Notes: generated by a model from the letters alone, not told the origin. 49,120 nucleotides of DNA from Octopus bimaculoides (GCF_001194135.2 NC_068981.1:186459292-186508411); one strand, 5' to 3'; shown: positions 1-13,207, counted from the stretch's first letter. Program-made: numbers and translations.

Positions 1-1429
1 GAACGTCCTGTACAAACTTTGTTCGTTCGTGCCGCACATTAGGTAACTGCTTCCATCAAATCGACGCTCCGTGCCACACGTCAGATTCGAAGTGATATAT
101 ATATATATATAAACGTTAAAGACTTTCTCTATTCCCGATCGTTATACTAATACATCCATTTGTTGTTTACACCACCTGTCTTAGTCTGTTGTTTTTTCGT
201 GAATTCTCCTCACAGCCAGGAACTTTTTAGCACATCCTCATACAACTCGATCTGTGTTAGATCAGTTGTGGAATCAAATACACGCACACATATTTTTTCA
301 TATATACGTATATATATATTTATGCATATGTGGGCACAGGACGTCATGAAACGTTTACAACAAAAAAGTACCAGGCATCATTACATGGAATATGAACTAT
401 TCTTTCGAACAACGAAAGACACAAATCGAAAACAAAACAAACTTAGAGAACGACACTGCATCAGTTGCTGGCTGTTTCTCTAGCCTCATATTTCGAGTAT
501 TTAACAACGATATACGCTTTCGATAAAACTGTTGCTCCCGCAAAGCAAATTAAATAAAATTGGGATTTTGCGGAGGGTCAAAATAGGTAACACAAACAGG
601 ACAGTGAAAACAAACAGGAAGGGCTGCTAAGCCTAAACGAGATTGTGATGGCGAACGCGTAAATCAAGCTAGGACAGGAGACAAACAAGAATACGTCTTG
701 TTCCAGCTACAATAGAAAGAAAGATAGCCACGTCAGCAAGGTAGGAGGAGTGAGGAAGAGACAGTAACAGAGTAATAGGATAGAATAGTGGTAGAAGAGG
801 AGGTAAAAAAATAAGAGAGAGAAAAACGAAAGTAAAAAGATCGTATAGCGTGCGCAAACATAAAACTTACTTGTATATTTGCATCTGTGTGTATATGCAT
901 GTATGTAAAGGAGCAGTTTATATAAATATTTAATACATTATAATTGTAAAACGCCAAGTTAACAAGACAAGTTTTTCCTTCCTTCTGAAAAATTCATTGG
1001 TCCAAAAAGTGAAATGATTTCGTCTCAGAACCGAAACCATTTAATATATATTACTAGCTCATCTCTTTCGATAAAGAAGTTTGCTCAAAACTCTCTTTAA
1101 AATTGTTTCGATTTATATTTATGACTAATTCTCTCATAGTTACAATAGCCCCCCATATTTTATCTTGTATTATATTATCAAAGGCTAATATGTAATAATA
1201 GCCTTTCTGTGTGTGTGTTTGTGTGTGTGCGTGCGTATTGGTTTCAACGCTAACAAAAAAATATCTTCCGATCTAATTAATTAAAATGAAGCAGTGAACC
1301 GGGTCTCTAACACGTTGATAGCAAGTAGTGAACATCGATTTTCTGCTTCTGAATTGACAAATGTTTATCAAGTAGCATGAGACTCTATTAACGATAATTG
1401 AATATTAGTAAGAATTGGTGATTTCCATT

Positions 1430-1843
1430 GGAATGTTTCTCTTTACCTTTTCCTCTCTCAACCCCTCTCTCTCTCTGTCTCTCTTGTTTATTTTAATATT
1501 CCTATCTCTCTTTCAACTCACTTTTGGTCTCTATTTTTTCTCCCCTTCTTTTTCTCCCACACCCTCTCTCTTTCTCCCACTCTCTCCCTTTTTCACTCAC
1601 TACTTCTTTTTCACGCTTTCTTTCTTTCCCTCCCTTCTCTCCCTCCCTCAATGTTTTGCTCACTCTCTCTCTTTCTGTTTCTTTATTACCTACCTCTCCT
1701 TGTCTGAGATAGGGGATATCTCTCCCTGAACTCTCCTTTCTCTGTCTCTCGTCTCTGTCTATCTCTCTCTCACTCTCTCTTTGTCACACACACACACGCA
1801 CTCTCTCTTTGTCTCACACACACACACACTCACTTTCTCTTTA

Positions 1844-1881
<38 letters not shown>

Positions 1882-2050
1882 TCACTTTCTCTTTGTCACA
1901 CATACACATTCTGTTACTTTATTTTTGATATCTCTGTCCAACTTCTACCCCATTCGCTCTTTTCACTCCTGCATTTCTGTCACTTCCCTTCTCATACTCA
2001 CTCAATTTCTATCTACTTCTCTCTCACCTTCGCACTCTCCTTCTCTCTAA
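1430..2050. repeat. CT/CA-rich low-complexity region
   Basis: Degenerate (CT)n and (CA)n runs. Confidence 0.85.
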
Positions 2051-3080
2051 TCAAGATAATACTATGCAGGGAATGCATGCCTCTAACTATAGAAGCGTAC
2101 CCATGCTTTGACGTCAATGCTCAAACAATATCTCCACATCTCTATATATGGTAACCTGCGTTTCATCACTGCATATCATGAATGGGCAACCATACCTTAC
2201 ATACGCTATGCAGTATTTTTATATCAACGTTGCATCATATTCTTTATAATAATTCGTTGGGGGTTTTTTTTGCTGTTTTTTCCTAATATTTTATTAAGAA
2301 TGGACGACAGATGGAGGAGATAATTTGAGGTAATGGAATTGAATTTCTATAGAAGATTAGGTTAAGATAGGAAACAAAATCGTAATAAAAAATAATTAAT
2401 AAGTAAATAAATAGCTAAATACTGTGATAGAATAAGACTTGTCAATTAATGTCCTTACTGCAAGCCAAATGATGGGAAAAAAATTAATAGATGCATTATA
2501 CAGACTCATTAAAGGATATTTCATACACACTGAGAGAGATATTAACTGTATGCATATATATATATATATATATATANNNNNNNNNNNNNNNNNNNNNNNN
2601 NNNNNNNNNNNNNNNNNNNNNNNNNNNNNNNNNNNNNNNNNNNNNNNNNNNNNNNNNNNNNNNNNNNNNNNNNNNNNNNNNNNNNNNNNNNNNNNNNNNN
2701 NNNNNNNNNNNNNNNNNNNNNNNNNNNNNNNNNNNNNNNNNNNNNNNNNNNNNNNNNNNNNNNNNNNNNNNNNNNNNNNNNNNNNNNNNNNNNNNNNNNN
2801 NNNNNNNNNNNNNNNNNNNNNNNNNNNNNNNNNNNNNNNNNNNNNNNNNNNNNNNNNNNNNNNNNNNNNNNNNNNNNNNNNNNNNNNNNNNNNNNNNNNN
2901 NNNNNNNNNNNNNNNNNNNNNNNNNNNNNNNNNNNNNNNNNNNNNNNNNNNNNNNNNNNNNNNNNNNNNNNNNNNNNNNNNNNNNNNNNNNNNNNNNNNN
3001 NNNNNNNNNNNNNNNNNNNNNNNNNNNNNNNNNNNNNNNNNNNNNNNNNNNNNNNNNNNNNNNNNNNNNNNNNNNNNNNN

Positions 3081-3122
<42 letters not shown>

Positions 3123-3629
3123 CAGAGGGAAAGAGAGATAGAGATATAGAAAACGCCGTCGTCGTTGTTCTCCTCATTATCATTGTCACCATCGTCATCG
3201 TCGTAGTGTCATTATCGTCATTGTTATCAATATCGTCATCGTCATCGTCGCTGCCAACGTCGATGAGAGAAAAATAAGTACACAATACGCTGTATCAGGT
3301 ATGTATGTTTTATGTTATCTTTGAAGAAGCAGAAAATACAGATATTACTGAAGGGGGTTGTTTCTTGTGTTACAATACAGGTTACACGCGAAACATGAGT
3401 ACACCGGGGAAATGTCCGAAATTATTTCAGATTCAAAGAACAAAATCAGTATTACGTTTGTGTTGTTTTGTTTTGTTATTTTTCTCTTCTGAAATCTTGT
3501 ATGAAGCTTTTAGTTGCTCCTAGTACGAGTTCCACGCTCTTGTTTTCCATACTGCATAAGAAACCAGAAGTTCAGCGGCGCAACTTCTGTTGGAATCCAT
3601 ATATTTACATTTAGTTTCTATTATTTTAC

Positions 3630-3760
3630 CCCTTTCAGTTATTAGACTGCGGCCATGCGGGAGTACCGCCTTGGTGGGATTAGTCGAACCAATTGACTTT
3701 TTTTGAATATACTATTTTTTAATATACTTTGTTTGAAAGTCTGCTAGTTATTCTGTTACC
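3630..3760 (-). mobile_element. SINE family A 3' fragment
   Basis: TTTCAGTTATTAGACTGCGGCCATGCGGGAGTACCGCC is the reverse complement of the family tail. Confidence 0.75.
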
Positions 3761-3763
3761 CTC

Positions 3764-4745
3764 GAAAGCCTTGTGAATCAATTTGGTAGAAGGAGCCTTA
3801 AATATTATACATATGCATATACACACACACGTACATATATATATATNNNNNNNNNNNNNNNNNNNNNNNNNNNNNNNNNNNNNNNNNNNNNNNNNNNNNN
3901 NNNNNNNNNNNNNNNNNNNNNNNNNNNNNNNNNNNNNNNNNNNNNNNNNNNNNNNNNNNNNNNNNNNNNNNNNNNNNNNNNNNNNNNNNNNNNNNNNNNN
4001 NNNNNNNNNNNNNNNNNNNNNNNNNNNNNNNNNNNNNNNNNNNNNNNNNNNNNNNNNNNNNNNNNNNNNNNNNNNNNNNNNNNNNNNNNNNNNNNNNNNN
4101 NNNNNNNNNNNNNNNNNNNNNNNNNNNNNNNNNNNNNNNNNNNNNNNNNNNNNNNNNNNNNNNNNNNNNNNNNNNNNNNNNNNNNNNNNNNNNNNNNNNN
4201 NNNNNNNNNNNNNNNNNNNNNNNNNNNNNNNNNNNNNNNNNNNNNNNNNNNNNNNNNNNNNNNNNNNNNNNNNNNNNNNNNNNNNNNNNNNNNNNNNNNN
4301 NNNNNNNNNNNNNNNNNNNNNNNNNNNNNNNNNNNNNNNNNNNNNNNNNNNNNNNNNNNNNNNNNNNNNNNNNNNNNNNNNNNNNNNNNNNNNNNNNNNN
4401 NNNNNNNNNNNNNNNNNNNNNNNNNNNNNNNNNNNNNNNNNNNNNNNNNNNNNNNNNNNNNNNNATATATATACACATATGTGTATATATGTGTGTGTAT
4501 ATATAGATATGTATTCGTACATATATACGTATATGTATATATACTGTGTGTGTTTGTGTGTCCCAATCGCTTGAAAACTGATGTTGGCTTGATTGTGTCC
4601 CCGTAACTTAGCAATTCGGTATGAGACACGGATAAAATAAGTAACAGACGTTAAAAAAATACAAAAAAGAACTACCTGACGTCGATTTGTTCAACTAACA
4701 TTCTGATAGGCGTTGCCCCAGCATGTCCGCAGTCTAATAACAAAT
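3764..4745 (+). mobile_element. SINE family A, 5'-truncated, spanning an N-gap
   Basis: AAAGCCTTGTGAATCAATTTGGTAGA before the gap; ATCGCTTGAAAACTGATGTTGG...CCCCGTAACTTAGC and GGCGTTGCCCCAGCATGTCCGCAGTC after it. Confidence 0.72.
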
Positions 4746-4955
4746 AACGAATGGATGATAAATCCGAATAGAAACTTAGGGAAATGGTAATTTGTATTTT
4801 ATTTTTGTTGTTGTTGGTGGTAGTGTTGTTGTTTTTCTTTCGGAATGCTGACAGCGGCAAATTAGTCGTGTGCGCTTATGCGAACATCTCATCGGTTTCA
4901 TAATAATTCTTTTAGTTTAAGTAACTCCAAGTGTTTATTGAAATATTTTTAAACA

Positions 4956-5208
4956 AACCAAATTCCATCATAAAAGCCAATCAAGGGTCTTCACTGGAAA
5001 ATGACAGAATGCCGGTTGTCATTAGAATTTATTACAACGAAGTAAAAAAAAACCGTTTCGTCATGCAATCTTCTCATCTCTTTCATTTCATGCTGGGAAT
5101 CCGTAAAGTAATGCTTTAAGGCATATGCATAATACAGGTTTTGTAAAATGAACAGCGCCATTCAACAGAATTATTTCGAAAAATATAGGACATAGAAGAA
5201 CCATATAT

Positions 5209-5243
<35 letters not shown>

Positions 5244-5429
5244 TGAGTGGCTGTGTGGTAAGTAGCTTGCTTACCAACCAAATTCCATCATAAAAGCCAA
5301 TCAAGGGTCTTCACTGGAAAATGACAGAATGCCGGTTGTCATTAGAATTTATTACAACGAAGTAAAAAAAAACCGTTTCGTTATGCAATCTTCTCATCTC
5401 TTTCATTTCATGCTGGGAATCCGTAAAGT
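4956..5429 (+). repeat. 154-bp local direct duplication (4956-5109 and 5276-5429)
   Basis: The two copies are identical except 5062 C versus 5382 T. Confidence 0.95.
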
Positions 5430-6150
5430 GTCTTCTACTGTAGCCACGGGCCTACCAAACCTTTGTGAGTGGATTTGGTAGACGGAAACTGAAAGAAACA
5501 TGTAGTGTATATATATATGTATATATATATATNNNNNNNNNNNNNNNNNNNNNNNNNNNNNNNNNNNNNNNNNNNNNNNNNNNNNNNNNNNNNNNNNNNN
5601 NNNNNNNNNNNNNNNNNNNNNNNNNNNNNNNNNNNNNNNNNNNNNNNNNNNNNNNNNNNNNNNNNNNNNNNNNNNNNNNNNNNNNNNNNNNNNNNNNNNN
5701 NNNNNNNNNNNNNNNNNNNNNNNNNNNNNNNNNNNNNNNNNNNNNNNNNNNNNNNNNNNNNNNNNNNNNNNNNNNNNNNNNNNNNNNNNNNNNNNNNNNN
5801 NNNNNNNNNNNNNNNNNNNNNNNNNNNNNNNNNNNNNNNNNNNNNNNNNNNNNNNNNNNNNNNNNNNNNNNNNNNNNNNNNNNNNNNNNNNNNNNNNNNN
5901 NNNNNNNNNNNNNNNNATATATATATATATATATATATAGTGTGTGTGTGGGTGTGTATGTTTGTGTTTGTCCCTCCGCCATCGTTTGACAACCGATGCT
6001 GGTGTGTTTACGTCCTCGTAACATAAGGATTCGGCAAGAGACCGATAAAATAGGTACTAGGCTTAGAAAGAATAAGTCCTGGGGTCGAATTGTTCGTCTA
6101 AAGGCGGTGCTCCAGCATGGCCGCAGTCAAATGACGGAAACCAATAAGAG
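5245..6150 (+). mobile_element. SINE family A (tRNA head, CORE-like segment, internal microsatellite) interrupted by a templated insertion and an N-gap
   Basis: Head GTGGCTGTGTGGTAAGTAGCTTGCTTACCAACCA, body GGATTTGGTAGACGGAAACTGAAAG, tail AAGGCGGTGCTCCAGCATGGCCGCAGTC. Homologous to at least 8 other copies in the window. Confidence 0.9.
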
Positions 6151-6221
6151 TGTGTCTATGTATGTGTGTGCGCATGTATGTTTGTGTATGTATGTATGTG
6201 TGAATGTATATATATATTTTT

Positions 6222-6296
6222 TTTATTCTTGTTTCAGTCATATTAACTGTGGCCATGCTGAAGTATCGCCTTTAAGTCAAAGAAATCGACCCCTGG
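6222..6296 (-). mobile_element. SINE family A 3' fragment, tail-to-tail with the 5245-6150 copy
   Basis: GTTTCAGTCATATTAACTGTGGCCATGCTGAAGTATCGCCTTTAAGTC...AATCGACCCCTGG. Confidence 0.8.
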
Positions 6297-6624
6297 ACAC
6301 AAATACACACATACATACATATATATATACACATAAACAATAATAAAAGCAACATNNNNNNNNNNNNNNNNNNNNNNNNNNNNNNNNNNNNNNNNNNNNN
6401 NNNNNNNNNNNNNNNNNNNNNNNNNNNNNNNNNNNNNNNNNNNNNNNNNNNNNNNNNNNNNNNNNNNNNNNNNNNNNNNNNNNNNNNNNNNNNNNNNNNN
6501 NNNNNNNNNNNNNNNNNNNNNNNNNNNNNNNNNNNNNNNNNNNNNNNNNNNNNNNNNNNNNNNNNNNNNNNNNNNNNNNNNNNNNNNNNNNNNNNNNNNN
6601 NNNNNNNNNNNNNNNNNNNNNNNN

Positions 6625-6704
<80 letters not shown>

Positions 6705-6708
<4 letters not shown>

Positions 6709-7100
6709 GCATGGTTGTATAATAAGTTTGCTTCCAAAACGCATGGTTCCGGGTTCAATCCCAGTACATGGCACCGTGTGCAATTGTCTTCTACTACAGC
6801 CTCGGGATGACCTAAGTCTTGTAAGTAAATTTGGTAGACGGAAACTGAAAGAAGACGCACATAGTGTATGTATCTGTGTGTGCGTGTATGTATGGATGCG
6901 TGTGTCTTTGTGTCAGTGTGTATTCTCTGTTGACGTGTTTACGTCCCCCGTAAGCTAGCGGTTCGGCAAATAGACTGATAGAATAAGCATCGAGCACACA
7001 AAGAAAAGTATTTGGGTGGATTCATTCGACTAAAAGTTCTTCAGGTCGTGCCCCAACATGGCCGTAGTGTAATGAATGAAACAAGTAAAAGATAAAAGAG
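6705..7100 (+). mobile_element. SINE family A, near full length
   Basis: B-box-like GGTTCAATCCC, GTCTTCTACTACAGCCTCGGG, GGTAGACGGAAACTGAAAGAAG, internal TG-rich tract, tail ...GAAACAAGTAAAAGATAAAAGAG. Confidence 0.88.
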
Positions 7101-7863
7101 CGGAAGAAAGACAAGCGCAGGCGTGGTCGGATAGTCAAAGAGTTGTCTTCAATACCAGCCAACTATTGATTAGATACCACTGTAGGTGCATTCTACTGTC
7201 GCCTCGAGTTAACCCATATGTTGTAGTTATGAATGCAGTTTAGTTGAGGGTACAGAATATTGCTGAAGCGCCTCATGTGTGTATATATGGGTAACTGAAC
7301 ACACGAAAATCAGTAGCACTTAACACACTTCATTGCAATTATCATACGTCAATATTAATTGATCACTCTGTGTCTTTTTGTACTGCTGTTTCACATATTT
7401 TCGTGTTTTTTTTTTTACAAGGAATAGGTAGAGAGTGACTTCGAAGTTTTTTATTTTCTTTCATCAATCAAAAAAAAAGTAATAATACATCAGACACCAG
7501 GCTGGCTAACGAATATAATTATGTCAAAACTTTAGACTACATGACAATGCTTTTTTCATAAAACAATAAGCGTGCTTGTTTAGTTCTACGTGTGCATTTG
7601 GCTACGTATATATGTGTATGTCTGTGTCTGTATATACGTAAGCACCTGTTTAAGATTTCGCGTTTTTTCTTTACGTTGTTTGTGTTAACTTAGTGTTAAG
7701 ACAAACACAGACCTTTAAGAAACGAACTAAACTGAAATATGTACAACGATTGATATGATTAACTAAACCCATGAGCACTGTGAGCTAGCATTGTGGATGT
7801 ATTCTCATGAATACCAATACATATATACATAACTGAATGAACAATGTGTATTGTAGGTATATA

Positions 7864-7975
7864 TATATATTAAAGGAAAATGGACAAAAGAAAGTCAGAA
7901 CGAGTATCTCAGCTCATTTAGAATAGAGATGCTCGTCCTGTCTTGGTTTTGTTGTCCATTTTCCTTTAATATATA
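7864..7975. repeat. Inverted repeat / long hairpin
   Basis: 24-bp perfect outer stem (7864-7887 with 7952-7975), 19-bp inner stem (7892-7910 with 7926-7944), 15-nt loop. Confidence 0.92.
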
Positions 7976-9587
7976 CCCGCTAACTCGGGGGCCTACTACG
8001 GATCACGAGCTCCACCCTCAGCTCTGAACTTGGAACCTAATGGGTGACCAATTATAGTTTTTATGCAGCGTACCTATTCGTTTAGATCATCAGTAGATAA
8101 AACCCCTCATATGCTTATTAGCATTACTTTTTGACTCAGCGTCGTGCGTACGTATATANNNNNNNNNNTATATGTACATACATATATATGTACGTATGAT
8201 TGTATGTATGCAAGTATAGATTTATTTATGTATGCACGTGTGTGTTAAAATGAAATTCCATAAGGCTCTTCAAAATGAGTCTTTGAGGTGAAAGGCGTAA
8301 CGAAAAAATGAGAACGTTTGCTTGGATACTTCGAGTAATGTTACAATAAACGGTAATGTTAAAATTCACATAATAGAATAAATGAATGTGTTTTGAGAAA
8401 GAAACAATTTATAATACTTCAGAGAGAGAAACATGATGTGGGAGTAAAACGTGTGAGAGCCTATATTTTCCTCTGAAAAGGGCTTGTATTTCTACGATTT
8501 CTTCTCAAACAAATGTCTGTTTTCAGAACATCAAAACAGTATTCTCTTTATCGCGTTTGATCATTCTGTGGATTTTGTGGAACCATTGTTTTCCTTCATT
8601 TAAAAAAATCTATTAAGAGTGGCTGGGTAATTTGTTGTGCAGATACAGACTATCATTTTGTCTCTAAAATTTTAATTTTATATTTTACATGTTCAGTTTC
8701 CTTTACTGTGTGATGGCATTAATTAAATTGTTGCCATCATTTTAGCTAAGCCTTTATTTAAAACACCGTTTGCTTAAAATCCACAGCAAAAAAATATATA
8801 TCACCATCCATAATACTCACATAACACTTGATTAAATCTATTTTTTTTTAATCAGAATATCGGTGTAAACTATAGAGCTCTGTGACGTCGGCATCCTAAA
8901 TCGATATCTCAAACAGATGAGTTAGTTTCAAAGTTTTCCCATTAAAAAAAATGTATCTCATTTATACCCTTGTGTAAACATACTCCGACCTATATTGACT
9001 ACTTCAGACGAAGATTCAGCCGTAAATTATATCTAGAAAATGTATGACTGTTTGCTTTTAATATGAATGATTACTTTACACAGGAATATAATATTACTAT
9101 AAACGCTATAAAGATGTAATTTATTAGTATACCATGAAGAAAGAGAAAATTTTAAAGTTACAGGAAGTACCTAGCTGAAAAGTGGTGTTTTTATTTCTGA
9201 TGGCGCCGAACGGATAAATTGAGAAATGTGTGAATGATAGAAGATAAGGGAGGAATTTATTCTAAAAAACGAATTAACAGGGAAGATATTCAATGATATT
9301 AAGACATTAAAATTATGAATTTAAAGTAGGAAAATAAAAAGAAATTGATGATCAGTAGGCGTGTCTTTTTTCTGTCTTAATTTCTTATACCACGTAATAT
9401 CAGTCTCTTTGAGGGAAAGTATAAACTTAAATATAGATCTTACTGACGGGAGAAATAAAGATCCCTGATATTTGTGGTAACAAAACGATTAACTTAATAC
9501 ATACGCTGTACTAGCCTTACTGCTCTCGCGTAAGCATGGAAGGCCAAAATGAAAACGACTTGTTTCCATCAGAATATTTCATGCTTA

Positions 9588-9760
9588 ATCTTTTAATCGT
9601 TTCAGTCATTCAAATGTAGACAAGCTGGGGCACAACTTTGAAGAGTTTCGTAGAACAAATCGATTTCAGCAATATATTTAAAGTCTCGAATTTATTCTAC
9701 GGAGAGTCGTTTTGCGGACACGAAAACAAACCAACACTATTTAACAAGCGGTGGAGAGGA
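9588..9760 (-). mobile_element. SINE family A 3' half, diverged
   Basis: GTTTCAGTCATT...GCTGGGGCAC...AAATCGA...TTTTGCGGACACG aligns to the reverse complement of the family 3' half. Confidence 0.6.
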
Positions 9761-9924
9761 TGACCACAAAATCAACACAAGCACACAGACATACATGCAC
9801 ACGCACATACATTTATATATACACACACACACACACACGCATGCACGCATGCACGCGCACGCGCGCACACATACACACATAATTATGGATATATGAATAC
9901 ATATATATATATGGAGATGTACTT

Positions 9925-10095
9925 GCATAGCAAGTGAATTGAACTAAGATCGTGTGCTGAAATAAAAACAATTGCAGCGTTTCAGATGTTTGTAAGCCAT
10001 TTCACAACACACAAAAACCATTCAAATTTAATTTGAGTCAAAATATTTTCGTCGCTTTGAAACCGCGACCGGCTCACTGATAAAACTGATGTAAG
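9925..10095 (+). repeat. Unclassified dispersed repeat, copy 1 (copy 2 at 14235-14365)
   Basis: Both copies share AATTGCAGCGT...TAAGCCATTT...ACACACAAAAAC...AAATTTAATTTG..TCAAAATATTTTCGTCGCTTTGAAACCG.GACC.G.TCACTGA. Confidence 0.75.
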
Positions 10096-10425
10096 TATAT
10101 ATGTGTATGTATGTATGTATATATGTATATATGTATGCATGTATCTATGTATGTATGTATGTATGTATGTATGTGTATGTGTATGTTATCAATCAGTTTC
10201 ATTTCTGTATTTCTTGTCCATACAGAAAGAGCCGGACTCTAACATAGATTCAAGGCTCCTTCATTGGAACTTTTATCAACATCATCTAGGTATTTGTGCA
10301 TATGTGTGTGTGTGCAGTATTTGGTGTTAGTGTATGCGCAGATTTGTATGTTTGTTTTATGGATGCGTTTTTATGTCTAGATGCATGCATATGTATGTAT
10401 GTATGTATATATGTATGTATGTATG

Positions 10426-10460
<35 letters not shown>

Positions 10461-11298
10461 GTATATATATATATGTGTGTGTATATATATATNNNNNNNN
10501 NNNNNNNNNNNNNNNNNNNNNNNNNNNNNNNNNNNNNNNNNNNNNNNNNNNNNNNNNNNNNNNNNNNNNNNNNNNNNNNNNNNNNNNNNNNNNNNNNNNN
10601 NNNNNNNNNNNNNNNNNNNNNNNNNNNNNNNNNNNNNNNNNNNNNNNNNNNNNNNNNNNNNNNNNNNNNNNNNNNNNNNNNNNNNNNNNNNNNNNNNNNN
10701 NNNNNNNNNNNNNNNNNNNNNNNNNNNNNNNNNNNNNNNNNNNNNNNNNNNNNNNNNNNNNNNNNNNNNNNNNNNNNNNNNNNNNNNNNNNNNNNNNNNN
10801 NNNNNNNNNNNNNNNNNNNNNNNNNNNNNNNNNNNNNNNNNNNNNNNNNNNNNNNNNNNNNNNNNNNNNNNNNNNNNNNNNNNNNNNNNNNNNNNNNNNN
10901 NNNNNNNNNNNNNNNNNNNNNNNNNNNNNNNNNNNNNNNNNNNNNNNNNNNNNNNNNNNNNNNNNNNNNNNNNNNNNNNNNNNNNNNNNNNNNNNNNNNN
11001 NNNNNNNNNNNNNNNNNNNNNNNNNNNNNNNNNNNNNNNNNNNNNNNNNNNNNNNNNNATGCTTGTATGTGTGTGTATATATGTGTGCGCGTGCGTGTTT
11101 ATGTGCATGCATGTGGGTATGTGTATATTTATATATTTATGTGTATATATGTATGTGTATATATGTATATGTGTGTATATATGTTTGTGTATGTATATAT
11201 ATTTACCTATTTTATTATTAGTGTTATTATTAGTAGTAGTATTATTATGAGTGTTATTATTAGTGTTATTACTATTGTTATTATTATTATCATTATTT

Positions 11299-11358
<60 letters not shown>
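11299..11358. repeat. (TAG)n microsatellite
   Basis: Seen directly. Confidence 0.95.
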
Positions 11359-11444
11359 AGGTAGTTTACGTGTTGTCAGAATCGTTACTGCATCGAACAA
11401 AATGTTCAACGAAATTTCTTCTCACTCTAGGTCCTGTGTTCATA

Positions 11445-11565
11445 TTCGACTGTGCCTTTCATCTTTTCGCGATCGTTAACGCAAGTACCAGCTGAGCACT
11501 GGGGTTGATTTAATCGACTATCCTTCCCCACTAAGCTTACTGGTTCTGCGTCAAAAGTTGAAAGA
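11445..11565 (+). mobile_element. SINE family B 3' fragment
   Basis: GCCTTTCATC...AAGTACCAGCTGAGCACTGGGGTTGATTTAATCGACT. Confidence 0.7.
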
Positions 11566-12469
11566 ATAATTATTGTTATTACCATTTCTGAAATGGTTAT
11601 TGTCAGATTCATATTTTGCGTCCGTTACAATGCTCCTGGGGAAAATTAGATTTTTACTTCGTTTACTTGAAAGGGAAAATGTTGACTTTCTATATTATTT
11701 ATGTTTGCTTTTTGGGGTGGTAGGAGTAGCTGTTGTTTATTTTGTCGACGGAAGGCTTTCAAACATTGGTTCATTCATTCATCCATTCATTCTATCACAC
11801 GGGAATGAAAATTAAGTTCCGCCTTTAGTCTTTTAATGCGCTTATGCAAACATCCATTATACTTCTTTAAAAATTATTCAATATTGTCAGTTTTAAAGGA
11901 TTGGTTCGGAATATTAACCACAAATGTGGACACTATGGATTCGATCATGTCAATATCTGGGAAATTTCAGAAAAACCAGATTTAAAAATTGTAAGGGCCA
12001 TAATTTTAATCATGGCTATTTGCATCTTGGCAGATACAAATGAAAAAAACCTGCGTCGAGATTGAAAATATTGACAAGGTGTGAAGAACAACGTCAACAC
12101 TATGTTTTGCTAGAGTTGTGAGTCGGGAAGAGGTTTGGGATATGTTTCGGCTCTGGAGTAAGATTAGAACGTTGGAGACAGGCCAGAAACGGAGAAAACA
12201 CATCCATAAACCAGTTCCTAATTTATTGAGCAGATATTGTACCACACATCTTTCATTTTTTCCCATTAAATACTCCTTCATTAGCAAATGTATGTTGGTA
12301 TTTGTTTTAGAAACTACAACATTCTCACTTGACTCGTCGTTGTGTGTATGCAATGATGTATACAAAATTTAAGCGCAATTACAATATTTCATGTTACGTA
12401 AATTAACTATTATTGTCATTATTATTATCATAACCATCATCATCACAATCCTCATGATCATTATTATGA

Positions 12470-12850
12470 GAGATTATGTAAGAGAGCAGCACATGGCATC
12501 AAAGTGACACTGTGGCACAATTATACGAATGCCTGTATACCCATTATGACTACACTAGACATATGCATCACAACCATATGTGCGCGTCATATTGACCTAA
12601 TAGCAAGACAAACAGCGTATGACCTTGCAGGTGGGGCCCACTAAGAACTTGCCTTTCCGCTAGAAAGGTCCCTGAATAAGAGTTGTTTAAGGATGTTGAA
12701 CGAAACATCCATGTTTCCAGAGGTGAATTATTCAAACCCGTAAGAATTCCTCTCGACAAATGGCTATGATGCTCTCCCATTACTTCTGTTCGTGATCAGA
12801 GATGCACATATCGTCAGCCACCAAATGACATGCTTAACTGGTTAAAGTTA
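12470..12850. repeat. Probable high-copy interspersed repeat, unclassified
   Basis: Higher-GC, non-coding block that resembles a repeat I recall from octopus scaffolds. It is single-copy within this window, so this is unverified. Confidence 0.35.
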
Positions 12851-13207
12851 AGCTGTTACAAGCAAGCCTGCGGTATTGAGCCGAATATTTGCTGTAGCCC
12901 ATTTATTACACCAAGACAAAACATGTATATGATGAAATTTCCAATTAGTTCGCCTAGAGCTATTTTACCATCTACTTAACAATACTTACCAATCAAGTAC
13001 CAGTCGACTTTACCTTCCCCTCAAAAACCCTGCCTGCGCCGACGTCTGAAGTCACTATTGTAATCAGGGAAAACCTCTTTCTAGCTATCTACTGTATTCA
13101 CCCATCATTCATTGGATGCCACCCAAACACGAATGAAACAAGTGTCAGTTTAGCAATTTCTGGCCTTGTGCCTTTAATAGAAACGATTAGTAGTTGTTGT
13201 TGTATTT

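Noticed and set aside
1-110. CpG-richer stretch with an AG/GTAACT donor-like site at the window start
   Set aside because: Truncated by the window edge, with no recognisable peptide or promoter architecture.
3290-3306. Strong donor-like CAG/GTATGT
   Set aside because: Upstream sequence is a degenerate (TCG/TCA)n repeat next to a gap, with no acceptor or ORF support.
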